This document shows positions 13,801 to 27,693 of a stretch of DNA of 64,000 nucleotides, one piece after another (positions within the stretch are counted from its first letter, which is position 1; each line of letters opens with the position of its first letter). Both the position numbers and the translations under genes were made by a program. Below the pieces are notes generated by a model. The model was not told the origin of the DNA, searched no databases, and saw only the letters and a program-made list of their open reading frames with translations. Location of the stretch: positions 91,698,001 through 91,762,000 of the forward strand of contig OZ024745.1 of NCBI GenBank assembly GCA_964016885.1, read 5' to 3'. The DNA is from Eledone cirrhosa. Taxonomy: Eukaryota.

Positions 13801-15900
13801 CCACTAGATACAGTAAGTTATATTACTCTGTCTGAGTATCAAACAGCTCCACTAGATACAGTAAGTTATATTACTCTGTCTGAGTATCAAACAGCTCCAC
13901 TAGATACAGTAAGTTATATTACTCTGTCTGAGTATCAAACACCGCCACTAGATACAGTAAGTTATATTACTCTGTCTGAGTATCAAACAGCTCCACTACA
14001 TACAGTAAGTTATATTACTCTGCCTGAGTATCAAACAGCTCCACTACATACAGTAAGTTATATTACTCTGCCTGAGTATCAAACAGCTCCACTAGATACA
14101 GTAAGTTATATTACTCTGTCTGAGTATCAAACACCTCCACTAGATACAGTAAGTTATATTACTCTGTCTGAGTATCAAACAGCTCCACTAGATACAGTAA
14201 GTTATATTACTCTGTCTGAGTATCAAACAGCTCCACTAGATACAGTAAGTTATATTACTCTGTCTGAGTATCAAACAGCTCCACTAGATACAGTAAGTTA
14301 TATTACTCTGTCTGAGTATCAAACAGCTCCACTAGATACAGTAAGTTATATTACTCTGTCTGAGTATCAAACAGCTCCACTAGATACAGTAAGTTATATT
14401 ACTCTGTCTGAGTATCAAACAGCTCCACTAGATACAGTAAGTTATATTACTCTGCCTGAGTATCAAACAGCTCCACTAGATACAGTAAGTTATATTACTC
14501 TGTCTGAGTATCAAACAGCTCCCCTAGATACAGTAAGTTATATTACTCTGTCTGAGTATCAAACATCTCCCCTAGATACAGTAAGTTATATTACTCTGCC
14601 TGAGTATCAAACAGCTCCACTACATACAGTAAGTTATATTACTCCGCCTGAGTATCAAACAGCTCCACTACATACAGTAAGTTATATTACTCTGCCTGAG
14701 TATCAAACAGCTCCCGTAGATACGGTAAGTTATATTACTCTGTCTGAGTATCAAACAGCTCCACTAGATACAGTAAGTTATATTACTCTGTCTGAGTATC
14801 AAACAGCTCCACTAGATACAGTAAGTTATATTACTCTGCCTGAGTATCAAACAGCTCCACTAGATACAGTAAGTTATATTACTCTGCCTGAGTATCAAAC
14901 AGCTCCACTAGATACAGTAAGTTATATTACTCTGTCTGAGTATCAAACAGCTCCACTACATACAGTAAGTTATATTACTCTGCCTGAGTATCAAACAGCT
15001 CCACTAGATACAGTAAGTTATATTACTCTGCCTGAGTATCAAACAGCTCCACTAGATACAGTAAGTTATATTACTCTGTCTGAGTATCAAACAGCTCCAC
15101 TAGATACAGTAAGTTATATTACTCTGCCTGAGTATCAAACAGCTCCACTAGATACAGTAAGTTATATTACTCTGCCTGAGTATCAAATAGCTTCACTAGA
15201 TACAGTAAGTTATATTACACTGCCTGAGTATCAAACAGCTCCACTAGGTACAGTAAGTTATATTACCCTGCCTGAGTATCAAATAGCTTCACTAGATACA
15301 GTAAGTTATATTACACTGTCTGAGTATCAAACAGCTCCACTAGGTACAGTAAGTTATATTACTCTGCCTGAGTATCAAACAGTTCCACTAGATGCAGTAA
15401 ATTATATTACTCTGCCTGAGTATCAAACAACTCCACTAGATACAGTAAGTTATATTACTCTGCCTGAGTATCAAACAGCTCCACTAGATACAGTAAGTTA
15501 TATTACTCCGTCTGAGTATCAAACAGCTCCACTAGATACAGTAAGTTATATTACTCCGTCTGAGTATCAAACAGCTCCACTAGATACAGTAAGTTATATT
15601 ACTCTGTCTGAGTATCAAACAGCTCCACTAGATACAGTAAGTTATATTACTCTGCCTGAGTATCAAACAGCTCCACTAGATACAGTAAGTTATATTACTC
15701 TGTCTGAGTATCAAACAGCTCCCCTAGATACAGTAAGTTATATTACTCTGTCTGAGTATCAAACATCTCCCCTAGATACAGTAAGTTATATTACTCTGCC
15801 TGAGTATCAAACAGCTCCACTACATACAGTAAGTTATATTACTCCGCCTGAGTATCAAACAGCTCCACTACATACAGTAAGTTATATTACTCCGCCTGAG
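7900..15900. repeat. Higher-order repeat of 57 monomers (2,736 bp), about 3 tandem copies; boundaries approximate
   Basis: The ACCGCC variant falls at 8472, 11208 and 13944. The ATAGCTTCA cassette starts at 9715, 12451 and 15187. All spacings are 2,736 bp. Confidence 0.9.
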
Positions 15901-18810
15901 TATCAAACAGCTCCACTAGATACAGTAAGTTATATTGCTCTGTCTGAGTATCAAACAGCTCCCCTAGATACAGTAAGTTATATTACTCTGTCTGAGTATC
16001 AAACAGCTCCACTAGATACAGTAAGTTATATTACTCTGTCTGAGTATCAAACAGCTCCACTAGATACAGTAAGTTATATTACTCTGCCTGAGTATCAAAC
16101 AGCTCCACTAGATACAGTAAGTTATATTACTCTGTCTGAGTATCAAACAGCTCCACTAGATACAGTAAGTTATATTACTCTGTCTGAGTATCAAACAGCT
16201 CCACTAGATACAGTAAGTTATATTACTCTGTCTGAGTATCAAACACCTCCACTAGATACAGTAAGTTATATTACTCTGTCTGAGTATCAAACAGCTCCAC
16301 TAGATACAGTAAGTTATATTACTCTGTCTGAGTATCAAACAGCTCCACTAGATACAGTAAGTTATATTACTCCGTCTGAGTATCAAACAGCTCCACTAGA
16401 TACAGTAAGTTATATTACTCTGTCTGAGTATCAAACAGCTCCACTAGATACAGTAAGTTATATTACTCTGCCTGAGTATCAAACAGCTCCACTAGATACA
16501 GTAAGTTATATTACTCTGTCTGAGTATCAAACAGCTCCCCTAGATACAGTAAGTTATATTACTCTGTCTGAGTATCAAACATCTCCCCTAGATACAGTAA
16601 GTTATATTACTCTGCCTGAGTATCAAACAGCTCCACTACATACAGTAAGTTATATTACTCCGCCTGAGTATCAAACAGCTCCACTACATACAGTAAGTTA
16701 TATTACTCTGCCTGAGTATCAAACAGCTCCCCTAGATACGGTAAGTTATATTACTTTGCCTGAGTATCAAACAGCTCCACTAGATACAGTAAGTTATATT
16801 ACTCTGTCTGAGTATCAAACAGCTCCACTAGATACAGTAAGTTATATTACTCTGCCTGAGTATCAAACAGCTCCACTACATACAGTAAGTTATATTACTC
16901 TGCCTGAGTATCAAACAGCTCCACTAGATACAGTAAGTTATTTTACTTTGCCTGAGTATCAAACAACTCCACTAGATACAGTAAGTTATATTACTCTGCC
17001 TGAGTATCAAACAGCTCCACTAGATACAGTAAGTTATATTACTCTGTCTGAGTATCAAACAGCTCCACTAGATACAGTAAGTTATATTACTCTGCCTGAG
17101 TATCAAACAGCTCCACTAGATACAGTAAGTTATATTACTCTGCCTGAGTATCAAATAGCTTCACTAGATACAGTAAGTTATATTACACTGCCTGAGTATC
17201 AAACAGCTCCACTAGGTACAGTAAGTTATATTACTCTGCCTGAGTATCAAATAGCTTCACTAGATACAGTAAGTTATATTACACTGCCTGAGTATCAAAC
17301 AGCTCCACTAGGTACAGTAAGTTATATTACTCCGCCTGAGTATCAAACAGCTCCACTACATACAGTAAGTTATATTACTCCGCCTGAGTATCAAACAGCT
17401 CCACTAGATACAGTAAGTTATATTGCTCTGTCTGAGTATCAAACAGCTCCCCTAGATACAGTAAGTTATATTACTCTGTCTGAGTATCAAACAGCTCCAC
17501 TAGATACAGTAAGTTATATTACTCTGTCTGAGTATCAAACAGCTCCACTAGATACAGTAAGTTATATTACTCTGCCTGAGTATCAAACAGCTCCACTAGA
17601 TACAGTAAGTTATATTACTCTGTCTGAGTATCAAACAGCTCCACTAGATACAGTAAGTTATATTACTCTGTCTGAGTATCAAACAGCTCCACTAGATACA
17701 GTAAGTTATATTACTCTGTCTGAGTATCAAACACCTCCACTAGATACAGTAAGTTATATTACTCTGTCTGAGTATCAAACAGCTCCACTAGATACAGTAA
17801 GTTATATTACTCTGTCTGAGTATCAAACAGCTCCACTAGATACAGTAAGTTATATTACTCCGTCTGAGTATCAAACAGCTCCACTAGATACAGTAAGTTA
17901 TATTACTCTGTCTGAGTATCAAACAGCTCCACTAGATACAGTAAGTTATATTACTCTGCCTGAGTATCAAACAGCTCCACTAGATACAGTAAGTTATATT
18001 ACTCTGTCTGAGTATCAAACAGCTCCCCTAGATACAGTAAGTTATATTACTCTGTCTGAGTATCAAACATCTCCCCTAGATACAGTAAGTTATATTACTC
18101 TGCCTGAGTATCAAACAGCTCCACTACATACAGTAAGTTATATTACTCCGCCTGAGTATCAAACAGCTCCACTACATACAGTAAGTTATATTACTCTGCC
18201 TGAGTATCAAACAGCTCCCCTAGATACGGTAAGTTATATTACTTTGCCTGAGTATCAAACAGCTCCACTAGATACAGTAAGTTATATTACTCTGTCTGAG
18301 TATCAAACAGCTCCACTAGATACAGTAAGTTATATTACTCTGCCTGAGTATCAAACAGCTCCACTACATACAGTAAGTTATATTACTCTGCCTGAGTATC
18401 AAACAGCTCCACTAGATACAGTAAGTTATTTTACTTTGCCTGAGTATCAAACAACTCCACTAGATACAGTAAGTTATATTACTCTGCCTGAGTATCAAAC
18501 AGCTCCACTAGATACAGTAAGTTATATTACTCTGTCTGAGTATCAAACAGCTCCACTAGATACAGTAAGTTATATTACTCTGCCTGAGTATCAAACAGCT
18601 CCACTAGATACAGTAAGTTATATTACTCTGCCTGAGTATCAAATAGCTTCACTAGATACAGTAAGTTATATTACACTGCCTGAGTATCAAACAGCTCCAC
18701 TAGGTACAGTAAGTTATATTACTCTGCCTGAGTATCAAATAGCTTCACTAGATACAGTAAGTTATATTACACTGCCTGAGTATCAAACAGCTCCACTAGG
18801 TACAGTAAGT
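15840..18810. repeat. Tandem duplication of 31 monomers (1,488 bp); boundaries approximate
   Basis: ATTGCT variant at 15937/17425, TTTTACTTTG variant at 16941/18429 and ATAGCTTCA cassette at 17155/18643, all 1,488 bp apart. Confidence 0.9.
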
Positions 18811-21800
18811 TATATTACTCTGCCTGAGTATCAAACAGTTCCACTAGATGCAGTAAGTTATATTACTCTGCCTGAGTATCAAACAACTCCACTAGATACA
18901 GTAAGTTATATTACTCTGCCTGAGTATCAAACAGCTCCACTAGATACAGTAAGTTATATTACTCTGCCTGAGTATCAAACAGCTCCACTAGATACAGTAA
19001 GTTATATTACTCTGTCTGAGTATCAAACAGCTCCACTAGATACAGTAAGTTATATTACTCTGACTGAGTATCAAACAGCTCCACTAGATACAGTAAGTTA
19101 TATTACTCTGCCTGAGTATCAAACAGCTCCACTAGATACAGTAAGTTAATTTACTCTGTCTGAGTATCAAATAGCTCCACTAGATACAGTAAGTTATATT
19201 ACTCTGTCTGAGTATCAAACAGCTCCACTAGATACAGTAAGTTATATTACTCTGTCTGAGTATCAAACAGCTCCACTAGATACAGTAAGTTATATTACTC
19301 TGTCTGAGTATCAAACAGCTCCTTTAGATACAGTAAGTTATATTACTCTGCCTGAGTATCAAATAGCTCCACTAGATACAGTAAGTTATATTACTCTGCC
19401 TGAGTATCAAACAGCTCCACTAGGTACAGTAAGTTATGTTACTCTGCCTGAGTATCAAACAGCTCCACTAGATGCAGTAAGTTATATTACTCTGCCTGAG
19501 TATCAAACAGCTCCACTAGATACAGTAAGTTATATTACTCTGCCTGAGTATCAAACAGCTCCACTAGATACAGTAAGTTATATTACTCTGTCTGAGTATC
19601 AAACAGCTCCACTAGATACAGTAAGTTATATTACTCTGCCTGAGTATCAAACAGCTCCACTAGATACAGTAAGTTATATTACTCTGCCTGAGTATCAAAC
19701 AGCTCCACTAGATACAGTAAGTTCTATTACTCTGTCTGAGTATCAAACAGCTCCACTAGATACAGTAAGTTATATTACTCTGTCTGAGTATCAAACAGCT
19801 CCACTAGATACAGTAAGTTATATTACTCTGTCTGAGTATCAAACAGCTCCACTAGATACAGTAAGTTATATTACTCTGTCTGAGTATCAAACAGCTCCAC
19901 TAGATACAGTAAGTTATATTACTCTGTCTGAGTATCAAACACCTCCACTAGATACAGTAAGTTATATTACTCTGTCTGAGTATCAAACAGCTCCACTAGA
20001 TACAGTAAGTTATATTACTCTGTCTGAGTATCAAACAGCTCCACTAGATACAGTAAGTTATATTACTCTGTCTGAGTATCAAACAGCTCCACTAGATACA
20101 GTAAGTTATATTACTCTGCCTGAGTATCAAACAGCTCCACTAGATACAGTAAGTTATATTACTCTGCCTGAGTATCAAACAGCTCCACTAGATACAGTAA
20201 GTTATATTACTCTGTCTGAGTATCAAACAGCTCCACTAGATACAGTAAGTTATATTACTCTGCCTGAGTATCAAACAGCTCCACTAGATACAGTAAGTTA
20301 TATTACTCTGTCTGAGTATCAAACAGCTCCCCTAGATACAGTAAGTTATATTACTCTGTCTGAGTATCAAACATCTCCCCTAGATACAGTAAGTCATATT
20401 ACTCTGCCTGAGTATCAGACAGCTCCACTAGATACAGTAAGTTATATTACTCTGTCTGAGTATCAAACAGCTCCACTAGATACAGTAAGTTATATTACTC
20501 TGTCTGAGTATCAAACACCTCCACTAGATACAGTAAGTTATATTACTCTGTCTGAGTATCAAACAGCTCCACTAGATACAGTAAGTTATATTACTCTGTC
20601 TGAGTATCAAACAGCTCCAATAGATACAGTAAGTTATATTACTCTGTCTGAGTATCAAACAGCTCCACTAGATACAGTAAGTTATATTACTCTGTCTGAG
20701 TATCAAACACCTCCACTAGATACAGTAAGTTATATTACTCTGTCTGAGTATCAAACAGCTCCACTAGATACAGTAAGTTATATTACTCTGTCTGAGTATC
20801 AAACAGCTCCACTAGATACAGTAAGTTATATTACTCTGTCTGAGTATCAAACACCTCCACTAGATACAGTAAGTTATATTACTCTGTCTGAGTATCAAAC
20901 AGCTCCACTAGATACAGTAAGTTATATTACTCTCCCTGAGTATCAAACAGCTCCACTAGATACAGTAAGTTATATTACTCTGTCTGATTATCAAACAGCT
21001 CCACTACATACAGTAAGTTATATTACTCTGCCTGAGTATCAAACAGCTCCACTACATACAGTAAGTTATATTACTCTGCCTGAGTATCAAACAGCTCCAC
21101 TAGATACAGTAAGTTATATTACTTTGTCTGAGTATCAAACACCTCCACTAGATACAGTAAGTTATATTACTCTGTCTGAGTATCAAACAGCTCCACTAGA
21201 TACAGTAAGTTATATTACTCTGTCTGAGTATCAAACAGCTCCACTAGATACAGTAAGTTATATTACTCTGTCTGAGTATCAAACAGCTCCACTAGATACA
21301 GTAAGTTATATTACTCCGTCTGAGTATCAAACAGCTCCACTAGATACAGTAAGTTATATTACTCTGTCTGAGTATCAAACAGCTCCACTAGATACAGTAA
21401 GTTATATTACTCTGTCTGAGTATCAAACAGCTCCCCTAGATACAGTAAGTTATATTACTCTGTCTGAGTATCAAACATCTCCCCTAGATACAGTAAGTTA
21501 TATTACTCTGCCTGAGTATCAAACAGCTCCACTACATACAGTAAGTTATATTACTCCGCCTGAGTATCAAACAGCTCCACTACATACAGTAAGTTATATT
21601 ACTCCGTCTGAGTATCAAACAGCTCCACTAGATACAGTAAGTTATATTACTCTGCCTGAGTATCAAACAGCTCCACTAGATACAGTAAGTTATATTACTC
21701 TGTCTGAGTATCAAACAGCTCCCCTAGATACAGTAAGTTATATTACTCTGTCTGAGTATCAAACATCTCCCCTAGATACAGTAAGTTATATTACTCTGCC

Positions 21801-24800
21801 TGAGTATCAAACAGCTCCACTACATACAGTAAGTTATATTACTCCGCCTGAGTATCAAACAGCTCCACTACATACAGTAAGTTATATTACTCTGCCTGAG
21901 TATCAAACAGCTCCCGTAGATACGGTAAGTTATATTACTCTGTCTGAGTATCAAACAGCTCCACTAGATACAGTAAGTTATATTACTCTGTCTGAGTATC
22001 AAACAGCTCCACTAGATACAGTAAGTTATATTACTCTGCCTGAGTATCAAACAGCTCCACTAGATACAGTAAGTTATATTACTCTGCCTGAGTATCAAAC
22101 AGCTCCACTAGATACAGTAAGTTATATTACTCTGTCTGAGTATCAAACAGCTCCACTACATACAGTAAGTTATATTACTCTGCCTGAGTATCAAACAGCT
22201 CCACTAGATACAGTAAGTTATATTACTCTGCCTGAGTATCAAACAGCTCCACTAGATACAGTAAGTTATATTACTCTGTCTGAGTATCAAACAGCTCCAC
22301 TAGATACAGTAAGTTATATTACTCTGCCTGAGTATCAAACAGCTCCACTAGATACAGTAAGTTATATTACTCTGCCTGAGTATCAAATAGCTTCACTAGA
22401 TACAGTAAGTTATATTACACTGCCTGAGTATCAAACAGCTCCACTAGGTACAGTAAGTTATATTACCCTGCCTGAGTATCAAATAGCTTCACTAGATACA
22501 GTAAGTTATATTACACTGTCTGAGTATCAAACAGCTCCACTAGGTACAGTAAGTTATATTACTCTGCCTGAGTATCAAACAGTTCCACTAGATGCAGTAA
22601 ATTATATTACTCTGCCTGAGTATCAAACAACTCCACTAGATACAGTAAGTTATATTACTCTGCCTGAGTATCAAACAGCTCCACTAGATACAGTAAGTTA
22701 TATTACTCCGTCTGAGTATCAAACAGCTCCACTAGATACAGTAAGTTATATTACTCCGTCTGAGTATCAAACAGCTCCACTAGATACAGTAAGTTATATT
22801 ACTCTGTCTGAGTATCAAACAGCTCCACTAGATACAGTAAGTTATATTACTCTGCCTGAGTATCAAACAGCTCCACTAGATACAGTAAGTTATATTACTC
22901 TGTCTGAGTATCAAACAGCTCCCCTAGATACAGTAAGTTATATTACTCTGTCTGAGTATCAAACATCTCCCCTAGATACAGTAAGTTATATTACTCTGCC
23001 TGAGTATCAAACAGCTCCACTACATACAGTAAGTTATATTACTCCGCCTGAGTATCAAACAGCTCCACTACATACAGTAAGTTATATTACTCCGCCTGAG
23101 TATCAAACAGCTCCACTAGATACAGTAAGTTATATTGCTCTGTCTGAGTATCAAACAGCTCCCCTAGATACAGTAAGTTATATTACTCTGTCTGAGTATC
23201 AAACAGCTCCACTAGATACAGTAAGTTATATTACTCTGTCTGAGTATCAAACAGCTCCACTAGATACAGTAAGTTATATTACTCTGCCTGAGTATCAAAC
23301 AGCTCCACTAGATACAGTAAGTTATATTACTCTGTCTGAGTATCAAACAGCTCCACTAGATACAGTAAGTTATATTACTCTGTCTGAGTATCAAACAGCT
23401 CCACTAGATACAGTAAGTTATATTACTCTGTCTGAGTATCAAACACCTCCACTAGATACAGTAAGTTATATTACTCTGTCTGAGTATCAAACAGCTCCAC
23501 TAGATACAGTAAGTTATATTACTCTGTCTGAGTATCAAACAGCTCCACTAGATACAGTAAGTTATATTACTCCGTCTGAGTATCAAACAGCTCCACTAGA
23601 TACAGTAAGTTATATTACTCTGTCTGAGTATCAAACAGCTCCACTAGATACAGTAAGTTATATTACTCTGCCTGAGTATCAAACAGCTCCACTAGATACA
23701 GTAAGTTATATTACTCTGTCTGAGTATCAAACAGCTCCCCTAGATACAGTAAGTTATATTACTCTGTCTGAGTATCAAACATCTCCCCTAGATACAGTAA
23801 GTTATATTACTCTGCCTGAGTATCAAACAGCTCCACTACATACAGTAAGTTATATTACTCCGCCTGAGTATCAAACAGCTCCACTACATACAGTAAGTTA
23901 TATTACTCTGCCTGAGTATCAAACAGCTCCCCTAGATACGGTAAGTTATATTACTTTGCCTGAGTATCAAACAGCTCCACTAGATACAGTAAGTTATATT
24001 ACTCTGTCTGAGTATCAAACAGCTCCACTAGATACAGTAAGTTATATTACTCTGCCTGAGTATCAAACAGCTCCACTACATACAGTAAGTTATATTACTC
24101 TGCCTGAGTATCAAACAGCTCCACTAGATACAGTAAGTTATATTACTTTGCCTGAGTATCAAACAACTCCACTAGATACAGTAAGTTATATTACTCTGCC
24201 TGAGTATCAAACAGCTCCACTAGATACAGTAAGTTATATTACTCTGTCTGAGTATCAAACAGCTCCACTAGATACAGTAAGTTATATTACTCTGCCTGAG
24301 TATCAAACAGCTCCACTAGATACAGTAAGTTATATTACTCTGCCTGAGTATCAAATAGCTTCACTAGATACAGTAAGTTATATTACACTGCCTGAGTATC
24401 AAACAGCTCCACTAGGTACAGTAAGTTATATTACTCTGCCTGAGTATCAAATAGCTTCACTAGATACAGTAAGTTATATTACACTGCCTGAGTATCAAAC
24501 AGCTCCACTAGGTACAGTAAGTTATATTACTCTGCCTGAGTATCAAACAGTTCCACTAGATGCAGTAAGTTATATTACTCTGCCTGAGTATCAAACAACT
24601 CCACTAGATACAGTAAGTTATATTACTCTGCCTGAGTATCAAACAGCTCCACTAGATACAGTAAGTTATATTACTCTGCCTGAGTATCAAACAGCTCCAC
24701 TAGATACAGTAAGTTATATTACTCTGTCTGAGTATCAAACAGCTCCACTAGATACAGTAAGTTATATTACTCTGACTGAGTATCAAACAGCTCCACTAGA

Positions 24801-27100
24801 TACAGTAAGTTATATTACTCTGCCTGAGTATCAAACAGCTCCACTAGATACAGTAAGTTAATTTACTCTGTCTGAGTATCAAATAGCTCCACTAGATACA
24901 GTAAGTTATATTACTCTGTCTGAGTATCAAACAGCTCCACTAGATACAGTAAGTTATATTACTCTGTCTGAGTATCAAACAGCTCCACTAGATACAGTAA
25001 GTTATATTACTCTGTCTGAGTATCAAACAGCTCCTTTAGATACAGTAAGTTATATTACTCTGCCTGAGTATCAAATAGCTCCACTAGATACAGTAAGTTA
25101 TATTACTCTGCCTGAGTATCAAACAGCTCCACTAGGTACAGTAAGTTATGTTACTCTGCCTGAGTATCAAACAGCTCCACTAGATGCAGTAAGTTATATT
25201 ACTCTGCCTGAGTATCAAACAGCTCCACTAGATACAGTAAGTTATATTACTCTGCCTGAGTATCAAACAGCTCCACTAGATACAGTAAGTTATATTACTC
25301 TGTCTGAGTATCAAACAGCTCCACTAGATACAGTAAGTTATATTACTCTGCCTGAGTATCAAACAGCTCCACTAGATACAGTAAGTTATATTACTCTGCC
25401 TGAGTATCAAACAGCTCCACTAGATACAGTAAGTTCTATTACTCTGTCTGAGTATCAAACAGCTCCACTAGATACAGTAAGTTATATTACTCTGTCTGAG
25501 TATCAAACAGCTCCACTAGATACAGTAAGTTATATTACTCTGTCTGAGTATCAAACAGCTCCACTAGATACAGTAAGTTATATTACTCTGTCTGAGTATC
25601 AAACAGCTCCACTAGATACAGTAAGTTATATTACTCTGTCTGAGTATCAAACACCTCCACTAGATACAGTAAGTTATATTACTCTGTCTGAGTATCAAAC
25701 AGCTCCACTAGATACAGTAAGTTATATTACTCTGTCTGAGTATCAAACAGCTCCACTAGATACAGTAAGTTATATTACTCTGTCTGAGTATCAAACAGCT
25801 CCACTAGATACAGTAAGTTATATTACTCTGCCTGAGTATCAAACAGCTCCACTAGATACAGTAAGTTATATTACTCTGCCTGAGTATCAAACAGCTCCAC
25901 TAGATACAGTAAGTTATATTACTCTGTCTGAGTATCAAACAGCTCCACTAGATACAGTAAGTTATATTACTCTGCCTGAGTATCAAACAGCTCCACTAGA
26001 TACAGTAAGTTATATTACTCTGTCTGAGTATCAAACAGCTCCCCTAGATACAGTAAGTTATATTACTCTGTCTGAGTATCAAACATCTCCCCTAGATACA
26101 GTAAGTCATATTACTCTGCCTGAGTATCAGACAGCTCCACTAGATACAGTAAGTTATATTACTCTGTCTGAGTATCAAACAGCTCCACTAGATACAGTAA
26201 GTTATATTACTCTGTCTGAGTATCAAACACCTCCACTAGATACAGTAAGTTATATTACTCTGTCTGAGTATCAAACAGCTCCACTAGATACAGTAAGTTA
26301 TATTACTCTGTCTGAGTATCAAACAGCTCCAATAGATACAGTAAGTTATATTACTCTGTCTGAGTATCAAACAGCTCCACTAGATACAGTAAGTTATATT
26401 ACTCTGTCTGAGTATCAAACACCTCCACTAGATACAGTAAGTTATATTACTCTGTCTGAGTATCAAACAGCTCCACTAGATACAGTAAGTTATATTACTC
26501 TGTCTGAGTATCAAACAGCTCCACTAGATACAGTAAGTTATATTACTCTGTCTGAGTATCAAACACCTCCACTAGATACAGTAAGTTATATTACTCTGTC
26601 TGAGTATCAAACAGCTCCACTAGATACAGTAAGTTATATTACTCTCCCTGAGTATCAAACAGCTCCACTAGATACAGTAAGTTATATTACTCTGTCTGAT
26701 TATCAAACAGCTCCACTACATACAGTAAGTTATATTACTCTGCCTGAGTATCAAACAGCTCCACTACATACAGTAAGTTATATTACTCTGCCTGAGTATC
26801 AAACAGCTCCACTAGATACAGTAAGTTATATTACTTTGTCTGAGTATCAAACACCTCCACTAGATACAGTAAGTTATATTACTCTGTCTGAGTATCAAAC
26901 AGCTCCACTAGATACAGTAAGTTATATTACTCTGTCTGAGTATCAAACAGCTCCACTAGATACAGTAAGTTATATTACTCTGTCTGAGTATCAAACAGCT
27001 CCACTAGATACAGTAAGTTATATTACTCCGTCTGAGTATCAAACAGCTCCACTAGATACAGTAAGTTATATTACTCTGTCTGAGTATCAAACAGCTCCAC
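17330..27100. repeat. Block duplication with 119-monomer (5,712-bp) offset; boundaries approximate
   Basis: TAA variant at 19149/24861, TTGTCT variant at 21124/26836 and ATTGCT at 17425/23137, all 5,712 bp apart. Confidence 0.85.
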
Positions 27101-27693
27101 TAGATACAGTAAGTTATATTACTCTGCCTGAGTATCAAACAGCTCCACTAGATACAGTAAGTTATATTACTCTGCCTGAGTATCAAATAGCTTCACTAGA
27201 TACAGTAAGTTATATTACACTGCCTGAGTATCAAACAGCTCCACTAGGTACAGTAAGTTATATTACTCTGCCTGAGTATCAAATAGCTTCACTAGATACA
27301 GTAAGTTATATTACACTGCCTGAGTATCAAACAGCTCCACTAGGTACAGTAAGTTATATTACTCTGCCTGAGTATCAAACAGTTCCACTAGATGCAGTAA
27401 GTTATATTACTCTGCCTGAGTATCAAACAACTCCACTAGATACAGTAAGTTATATTACTCTGCCTGAGTATCAAACAGCTCCACTAGATACAGTAAGTTA
27501 TATTACTCTGCCTGAGTATCAAACAGCTCCACTAGATACAGTAAGTTATATTACTCTGTCTGAGTATCAAACAGCTCCACTAGATACAGTAAGTTATATT
27601 ACTCTGACTGAGTATCAAACAGCTCCACTAGATACAGTAAGTTATATTACTCTGCCTGAGTATCAAACAGCTCCACTAGATACAGTAAGTTAA

